Shown here piece by piece: positions 57,882 through 64,000 of a DNA stretch of 64,000 nt. The notes beneath the pieces were generated by a model that was not told the DNA's origin, did no database searches, and was given only the letters and a program-made list of their open reading frames with translations. Position numbers and translations under genes: made by a program. The first letter of the stretch is position 1. The number at the start of each line of letters is the position of its first letter. The stretch is from positions 34,435 to 98,434 of the forward strand of contig CAZIEY010000003.1 of assembly GCA_964538855.1 (NCBI GenBank). The letters run 5' to 3'. The DNA comes from an uncultured Candidatus Saccharibacteria bacterium (lineage in GTDB: Bacteria > Patescibacteriota > Minisyncoccia > Phycocordibacterales > JAACPR01).

Positions 57882-59585
57882 ATGACACAAGCCGAAGCTC
57901 TCACAATTCTAAAAATGGGCAAAAACGTATTTCTGACTGGTGCCGCTGGTTCAGGAAAAACGTATGTTTTGAATCAATTCATTGATTTTCTTAAGGAAAA
58001 TGATATCGAAGTTGCGATTACTGCTTCAACCGGAATTGCCGCGACACACATCGGGGGTATGACAATTCATTCGTGGTCTGGTATTGGCATCAAAGATTCG
58101 CTCACTGAACATGATTTGGCCGCGATGGAGGAAAAACAATATTTGTGGAAGCGTTTCGAACATGTTCAGGTTTTGATTATCGACGAAGTTTCGATGTTAA
58201 AGGATACCATGCTCGACTCGGTCGATCTCGTGTGTAAATTTTTCAAGCGCAACAATTTACCATTCGGAGGTATTCAAGTTATTTTATCCGGTGATTTTTT
58301 CCAACTCCCGCCAATTGAGAAGAACTCGTATCGTAACCGCGAACCACGAAATACAAGTATGTTTTCTGACGATATGGTATATGAATCGCTCGAAGGTGAT
58401 AATCAGACTCCGTTTGCTTTTCGATCGAAAAGTTGGCGCGACGCGGATTTTCACGTCTGCTATTTAGAGGAGCAACATCGTCAGGATGATATCTCACTTT
58501 TGTCGATTCTTAATGAAATTCGTAGTGGGGAAGTTTCCGAAAAAACTCGCGAGGCGCTCCTTGGAAAAATTGTGACGACTGATAATGATGAGATGACAAA
58601 ATTATATACGCATAATGTTGACGTTGATGCATTTAATAATCGAAAATTAACTGAGCTCAAGAATAAAGAAAAAGTATATGACATGCTCACTACCGGAAAA
58701 GAAGCGGTAGTTGAATCGGCAAAAAAAGGATGTCTTTCTCCAGAACGTTTATGTATCAAGGTTGGTGCGCTCGTGATGTTTGTGAAAAATAATCCGATGC
58801 AAGGTTATGTGAACGGTACGACGGGGAAAGTTGTTGATTTCGAAGATAATTATCCAGTGGTCGAAACCAAGTCAGGCAAAAAATATGTCGCCTATCCGCA
58901 GTCATGGATCATCGCTGATGGTGCCAAAGTGTTGGCAGAAATTTCGCAAGTGCCTCTGAAATTAGCATGGGCTGTTACAATCCACAAAAGTCAGGGTATG
59001 ACACTCGATCAGGCGCACATTGATTTGTCGCAGTCGTTTGTGCCGGGGCAGGGTTACGTGGCGCTCTCGCGAATTCGTTCACTCGATGGCCTGCATTTAA
59101 AGGGGATTAATGAAAAAGCTCTCGAGGTGCACGCGACAGTGTTACAATTCGATCGAACATTGCGCAAATTGTCGGATAATGTGCAGCGGAGAATTGCGCT
59201 TACTCAAGAATCACGACTACAAGAGCATGTTGATAATTTTGTAAAAGCTCGTACTGCAAAAAAATCGAAAAAGAAAAGCATATACGAAATTACGGCTGAT
59301 GATGTGCGTGCGAAAAAAACAATTGCAATGATGTGTGTCGAGCGTGACCTGAGTGAAAGTACGATTTTCAAACATCTCGAAAAAATTGTGGCCGATAAGT
59401 TAGTGACTTTGAAGGAACTCGAATATATAAAACCTAAAACTTCGAAAGAAAGAAAAGTTTTTGCCGAAATTCAGAAAGCTTTCAAAAAACTCGGTGTCAA
59501 GAAACTTAAACCTGTGTATGAATATTTTGACGAGAAATATGACTACCGCATGATTCATTTAGCAAAGATTTTCGCAGGGGAGTAA
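57882..59585 (+). CDS. PIF1/RecD-like superfamily-1 DNA helicase with a C-terminal HTH-like extension
   Basis: Walker A 'LTGAAGSGKTYVL', 'LIIDEVSML', 'VILSGDFFQLPP', and the C-terminal 'TIHKSQGMTLD'. Confidence 0.7.
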   Translation: MTQAEALTILKMGKNVFLTGAAGSGKTYVLNQFIDFLKENDIEVAITASTGIAATHIGGMTIHSWSGIGIKDSLTEHDLAAMEEKQYLWKRFEHVQVLIIDEVSMLKDTMLDSVDLVCKFFKRNNLPFGGIQVILSGDFFQLPPIEKNSYRNREPRNTSMFSDDMVYESLEGDNQTPFAFRSKSWRDADFHVCYLEEQHRQDDISLLSILNEIRSGEVSEKTREALLGKIVTTDNDEMTKLYTHNVDVDAFNNRKLTELKNKEKVYDMLTTGKEAVVESAKKGCLSPERLCIKVGALVMFVKNNPMQGYVNGTTGKVVDFEDNYPVVETKSGKKYVAYPQSWIIADGAKVLAEISQVPLKLAWAVTIHKSQGMTLDQAHIDLSQSFVPGQGYVALSRIRSLDGLHLKGINEKALEVHATVLQFDRTLRKLSDNVQRRIALTQESRLQEHVDNFVKARTAKKSKKKSIYEITADDVRAKKTIAMMCVERDLSESTIFKHLEKIVADKLVTLKELEYIKPKTSKERKVFAEIQKAFKKLGVKKLKPVYEYFDEKYDYRMIHLAKIFAGE

Positions 59586-59664
59586 TCCACGAGACAAAAT
59601 GTGATTTTTCGGTTAAAATAGGCCTATGTTATTTGATTTTTTCTCAAAGAAAAAAGAAAAGGAG

Positions 59665-60966
59665 ATGGTTACGCGTGCTTTGCCGGGCATTTTGGAATTA
59701 TTGCCACAGGATCAGATCGCTTTTAATAAGATGCAGGACATTATTCGCAATGTTTACGAAAGTTACGGCTTTATTCCAATGGATACGTCTGCGATTGAGC
59801 GCGAGGATATTTTGCTTGCCAAAGGAGGTGGTGATAACGAAAAGGAGATGTATCGGATTAAAAAAGGTGACACAGATCTCGCCCTGCGTTTCGATTTGAC
59901 TGTTCCACTCGCACGTTATGTCAGTGAGCACTACCGTGATTTGAATTTTCCATTCAAACGTTACCAAATTGGAAAAGTATACCGCGGCGAACGTCCTCAA
60001 CGTGGACGATATCGAGAACTCTATCAGTGTGACATTGATATTATCGGCGACGAGACGCTCGACATGAAAAATGATGCGCTTATTCCGAGTGTGATTTATT
60101 CTATTTTTAAAAAATTACAAATCGGGCCTTTTGTTATTCGAATCAGTAATCGAAATATTTTGAAGGGGTTTTTAGAAAGTTTAGAGCTTGATTCAAAATC
60201 TCCTGAAATTTTAAAAGTGATTGATAAGAAGCCAAAAATTCCAGCAGAGAAATTTATTGAACTTTTGAAACAATGTGTGCTCACCGATGAACAGGTCGCA
60301 AAGATTTCAGCTTTTGTTGATAAAAAAGGTACAAACGATGTGATTTTGGAGTCTCTCAATGCTGAAAAAATAAATAACGCCACTTATATTCGTGGCGTCG
60401 AAGAATTGTCTGTAGTGATTCAGGCGCTCGATAATTTCCAGGTCCCCAGCGATCATGTCGCGATAGATTTGGCGATTGTGCGTGGTTTGGACTATTACAC
60501 AGGAACGGTGTATGAAACATTTTTAGTAGAGGATCCTGGTCTCGGTTCTATTTGTTCGGGCGGTCGTTACGATGGCTTGGTCCAGAGTTTCAGTGATAAG
60601 AAAATGCCTGGCGTAGGTGCGACAATCGGTTTGACCCGTCTCTTCGTACCATTCAAAGAAAAGGGACTTATCGCAGAAGGTCCTAAAACTCCGACTGATG
60701 TTTTGATTATTCCTCTTGTCGCTGATTTACAAATTCCGGCTAAAATCGCTAACTTTTTACGTACTCGCAAAATCAAATCAGAAATTTTTCTCGAGGATAT
60801 TCCAATGAAAAAGAAATTGAATTACGCAAATAAACAGAATGTGCCTTTTGTAATTTTAATTGGTGAAGACGAAATCAAGAGCGAGAAATATACTCTCAAA
60901 AATATGGAGACGGGTGCACAGCAACAGCTCATACTTGAACAGCTTCCTGATGCGATTAATGGTTAA
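59665..60966 (+). CDS. hisS: Histidine--tRNA ligase
   Basis: Class II motifs ('YRIKKGDTDLALRFDLTVPLAR', 'YQIGKVYRGERPQRGRYRE', 'GGRYDGL') and a C-terminal anticodon-binding domain. AGGAG SD. Confidence 0.8.
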   Translation: MVTRALPGILELLPQDQIAFNKMQDIIRNVYESYGFIPMDTSAIEREDILLAKGGGDNEKEMYRIKKGDTDLALRFDLTVPLARYVSEHYRDLNFPFKRYQIGKVYRGERPQRGRYRELYQCDIDIIGDETLDMKNDALIPSVIYSIFKKLQIGPFVIRISNRNILKGFLESLELDSKSPEILKVIDKKPKIPAEKFIELLKQCVLTDEQVAKISAFVDKKGTNDVILESLNAEKINNATYIRGVEELSVVIQALDNFQVPSDHVAIDLAIVRGLDYYTGTVYETFLVEDPGLGSICSGGRYDGLVQSFSDKKMPGVGATIGLTRLFVPFKEKGLIAEGPKTPTDVLIIPLVADLQIPAKIANFLRTRKIKSEIFLEDIPMKKKLNYANKQNVPFVILIGEDEIKSEKYTLKNMETGAQQQLILEQLPDAING

Positions 60967-61678
60967 TTAAATAATTTTTAGGTAACGTGATGTGGAACTT
61001 TGTTCCCAATCCGACACTCGTTTTGATGTGAAGTGTTCCACCTAAATCATCTTGAATGAGTCTATTGGTATTCATAAGTCCGACGCCGCAACCGGTGCTC
61101 TTGGTACTACATGTTGTAGTAAAGAGATTTTTTAAGATTACTTTTGGAATTCCCGTGGCGTTGTCTGTGATTATAATCGATATGCCTTTGCGGCTACTGT
61201 AGGTTGAAATAGTTACTGTTTTGTTTTTTCTATGAGGGATTTTATCGAATGCCTCGAGCGCGTTTCCGATAATGTTGATGAGGATTTGGTATATTTTGAG
61301 TCGATTTATTGTAAGAGTAATTGAGGGGATTCTTTGCACAGTAATTATTTTTACTCCGTTTTTAATCGCTTTATGACCCAAAAGAGAAGTGATGTGAGAG
61401 AGTACCTCTTGCAAATTAACTTGCTCCTGCTCTTTCACGATTGAAAATGAGTCCCGCAAAACCTCGATGTATTTTCTAATGTGTTCGCTGGTTTTGTGGA
61501 TAGGAATAAGGAAATCTTTTAATGTATCGTTGTGCAGAGATTCCAAATACAACATGAGACCGTTGATAGGGTTTATCAAGTCGTGCAGCAATCCGCATGA
61601 TATTTGTTCCATTTCATGCGATGCAAACAATTTCGACGGGGAGGGTTTTATGGAATGGGTAAGAGTTGCGTGTCGCAT
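60956..61678 (-). CDS. Minimal cytoplasmic sensor histidine kinase (HisKA + HATPase_c, no TM or sensor domain)
   Basis: H-box 'ISCGLLHDLINPINGL'; G-boxes 'IGNALEAF', 'GCGVGLMNTNRLIQDDLGGTLHI'. Confidence 0.65.
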   Translation of the reverse strand: MRHATLTHSIKPSPSKLFASHEMEQISCGLLHDLINPINGLMLYLESLHNDTLKDFLIPIHKTSEHIRKYIEVLRDSFSIVKEQEQVNLQEVLSHITSLLGHKAIKNGVKIITVQRIPSITLTINRLKIYQILINIIGNALEAFDKIPHRKNKTVTISTYSSRKGISIIITDNATGIPKVILKNLFTTTCSTKSTGCGVGLMNTNRLIQDDLGGTLHIKTSVGLGTKFHITLPKNYLINH

Positions 61679-61689
61679 GGTTTTAATTA

Positions 61690-62361
61690 TTATTGAGGTG
61701 AAGAAATCTTATACCCACGTCCCGCAATATTTTTGATGAGTCGTTTGTTTGTATCCCCAATCTTTTTTCGTAAATTCATGATGTGGGATTCAATAGTATT
61801 TGAAAATGGGTCAGTTTGATTATTCCATACGTGCTCCATAATGTGTGCACGTGAAATGACTTTGTTTTCATGCTTCATAAATAGTTCAAGAAGGGCGAAT
61901 TCTTTGCGAGTGAGTGTGATACGTCTGTTCTTTTTAGACACCTCTTGGGTAGCAGTGTTCAATTTTACATCAGCAATTTTTAAAATAGCATCCACCATTT
62001 TGTGTGGACGCCTTGTGACTGCATTAATTCTCGCAACTAATTCTTCGAACGAAAACGGTTTAGTGAGGTAATCGTCCGCTCCGGAATTCAGAAGATCGAT
62101 TTTCGTCAATACTTCTGATTTTCCCGAAAGCATAATGATCGGAGTTCCGATCTGCGCATTCCGTATATCGGTACAAATTTCTCGTCCCATTTTCTCGGGT
62201 AAGACGTTATCAATAATAATCACATCGTACTGATTAATTCGAGCTAGGTAAGACCCCATCTCACCGTTGTCTGCTTCATCAATTGCAAAAGATTTGGCTG
62301 TAAGTCCCATGCGAAGGACATTTCGTATCGAATTATCATCTTCAATAAGTAACGCTTTCAT
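61690..62361 (-). CDS. OmpR-family response regulator
   Basis: Receiver domain 'KALLIEDDNSIRNVL…YDVIIIDNVLP…ADDYLTKPF' plus a winged-helix C-terminus. Confidence 0.8.
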   Translation of the reverse strand: MKALLIEDDNSIRNVLRMGLTAKSFAIDEADNGEMGSYLARINQYDVIIIDNVLPEKMGREICTDIRNAQIGTPIIMLSGKSEVLTKIDLLNSGADDYLTKPFSFEELVARINAVTRRPHKMVDAILKIADVKLNTATQEVSKKNRRITLTRKEFALLELFMKHENKVISRAHIMEHVWNNQTDPFSNTIESHIMNLRKKIGDTNKRLIKNIAGRGYKISSPQ

Positions 62362-62466
62362 TTCAGAGTATCTTATACTTTTCTTGAAATTCGTCAAATT
62401 CTCACTAGTTGAGAAGGTGTGGGTGAGACTTTAGACTTTCTTCATTCTTTCTGTACCACTTTGCAA

Positions 62467-63633
62467 TTAAAGCGTATCTTTGAGATTGAGACTGTAACGA
62501 ATACCCACAATCATAATAAAACCGAGCAGAATGAACATCGTCGAAATATCGAAACGGTTAAGGAAAACAGATGCAATTACTGGTGAAATGATGTATGCGA
62601 GCGGTAGCGTGGCACGATATGCACTCATGATGTTGCTATTTTGATCCCCAATTTTTTTAAAGAGATACGTTTCGGTCATTACCTCGATCATGCTTGCGCC
62701 AATTCGTGTCATGAAAAGAATAGCTACCCATACGTATATAATCTGCGCTCCATAAAGCCCCATAACGATAGTGCTGAGGCCTGTGATAAGAAATCCGGCC
62801 GTTAAAATTTCCTTTTGACCCCAGAATTTGTCCGATATCTTACCCCAAAATGCCTGAGTAAGCACAAAAGGAATGAGTGCGATTCCCATGATAGTTCCAA
62901 CGGCACCGAGATCAAATCCGATGTACTCGTGGAGGAAAATCGGTGTGTAAATTACCATCCATGTATAGAAAAAGTTTAAAAGAAATGCGCAGATAAAAAT
63001 TCTCTTCAAATCAAGGTTGCGCGAAATGATATTTAATGTACCGAGCATATTGTTTTTGGAATATACAGGGTCTTTAAATGTACGAAAACGTATAATCGTT
63101 GTAATGATAACGGGTAGTAATAGTAATGCGCCGAGAATGTAGACTCGTCCAGCATTTGAGATATCGTCTATGAGTAGACCTCCAACAAGAGGTCCGATGA
63201 TAAAAGCGAGATTGAGCGCAGTTAAAAATATCCCACGTATACCACCAGTTTCGCTATTTTTGGAAATATGCTCGAGAAAGATATCCAAGTTTAAGAATCC
63301 AATTACATGACAAATAGAACTTGCGAGGTATATGCCGACAAAGAGGAGGCTGTAATCCCGAACATTATCGATGAAAAGGGTGAGGGATAGTGCTATATAG
63401 CAGAAGAATGTGATACAAAGTGCCCCCAGAAAAATTTTGTAGTTTCCGAATCTCCGCAACCAATTATTGATATGAAATAATATGGTAAGCGATAAGATTG
63501 AACCAAATGTGTACACGTAGCCAAGTGATTCTGTACCGGTAAATTGTTCGAGGAAGCTCGAGTTAACGAAATACGCTGGCGTCAGATGGAGGGTAAATAA
63601 AAAAGCGAGTATGTACACAGTTAACTTATGCAT
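62467..63633 (-). CDS. MFS transporter (12 TM)
   Basis: 12 hydrophobic segments and MFS-like loop motifs. Confidence 0.65.
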   Translation of the reverse strand: MHKLTVYILAFLFTLHLTPAYFVNSSFLEQFTGTESLGYVYTFGSILSLTILFHINNWLRRFGNYKIFLGALCITFFCYIALSLTLFIDNVRDYSLLFVGIYLASSICHVIGFLNLDIFLEHISKNSETGGIRGIFLTALNLAFIIGPLVGGLLIDDISNAGRVYILGALLLLPVIITTIIRFRTFKDPVYSKNNMLGTLNIISRNLDLKRIFICAFLLNFFYTWMVIYTPIFLHEYIGFDLGAVGTIMGIALIPFVLTQAFWGKISDKFWGQKEILTAGFLITGLSTIVMGLYGAQIIYVWVAILFMTRIGASMIEVMTETYLFKKIGDQNSNIMSAYRATLPLAYIISPVIASVFLNRFDISTMFILLGFIMIVGIRYSLNLKDTL

Positions 63634-63672
63634 AACTCGCTTTATTATACCAAATGAATTGGTGGGTTCGGT

Positions 63673-64000
63673 CTACATCCCGAGTAATACTGGGATAACC
63701 AAAGGTTGTTTCGAAGTCTCTTGCAACAAATATTTACTGAGTTCTGCCGAAAGATTTTTTCGAAGTTTGTCGAAGTCTACCTGACCGTTTGCTTTGCGAA
63801 TACTGTCTTCGATTACACGACGCACCAAAAATCGGCTCGTTCGAAGTAATTCTTGAGACTCACGCAAATAGACGAAACCGCGGGAAATAATGTCCGGTGA
63901 TTTTTTGAGTTTACCTGTTTTTATGTTGATACTTGCAACGACTACGAAAATTCCAGCCGCAGAAAGCAACTGTCGATCCTCGATCACAACGTCTTGAATA
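63673..64000 (-). CDS. C-terminal part of an RNase J-like (metallo-beta-lactamase RNase) gene; 5' end lies beyond the window
   Basis: 'IEDRQLLSAAGIFVVVASINIKTGKLKKSPDIISRGFVYLRESQELL' resembles the RNase J C-terminal region. The frame is open to the window edge. Confidence 0.45.
   Translation of the reverse strand, partial: IQDVVIEDRQLLSAAGIFVVVASINIKTGKLKKSPDIISRGFVYLRESQELLRTSRFLVRRVIEDSIRKANGQVDFDKLRKNLSAELSKYLLQETSKQPLVIPVLLGM

Overview
This is a low-GC (roughly 38-40%), tightly packed, mostly +-strand bacterial window. It uses the standard bacterial code: TGA/TAA/TAG all terminate ORFs and an RF2 gene is present. Gene content, small protein sizes, many weak or absent Shine-Dalgarno sites and several odd RNAs suggest a CPR/Patescibacteria-like organism; that is inference only.

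Order of features:
- a type IV pilus locus: major pilin, a strong terminator, prepilin peptidase and four pseudopilins
- ligA-gatC-gatA
- a membrane SH3b/HEPN-like protein
- a tRNA cluster (an aberrant fMet-like tRNA, Met, Asp) holding a MITE-like inverted-repeat element and a GC-richer islet with a small Cys-rich ORF
- a large acidic CnaB/peptidoglycan-binding surface protein
- a CAP-domain protein, murI, a YceI-like protein, a pseudouridine synthase, a NUDIX hydrolase and tRNA-Thr
- prfB-ftsE-ftsX-pyrG
- a sugar module (GH1, a membrane protein, a GH-A hydrolase, a ROK kinase) with a promoter/terminator-bounded non-coding leader or sRNA candidate
- CapA, tRNA-Gln, a GNAT, an NhaP antiporter, def, an M29 aminopeptidase, a META-domain protein, a nitroreductase and an ABC-F ATPase
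- the standout region (35.8-55.2 kb): an 'exploded' branched-chain-amino-acid-type ABC transporter. livH, livM, livG and livF are scattered among 7 paralogous LivK-like binding proteins, 5 TrmB-family regulators (each divergent from an SBP and each with its own distinct intergenic palindrome), 2 cupins, 2 NYN-domain proteins, a DinJ/YafQ toxin-antitoxin pair and a GNAT
- finally a YibE/F-like membrane protein, an ATP-grasp protein, a PIF1-like helicase, hisS, a minimal two-component system, an MFS transporter and the C-terminus of an RNase J-like gene.

No CRISPR array, rRNA, transposase or integrase was seen.
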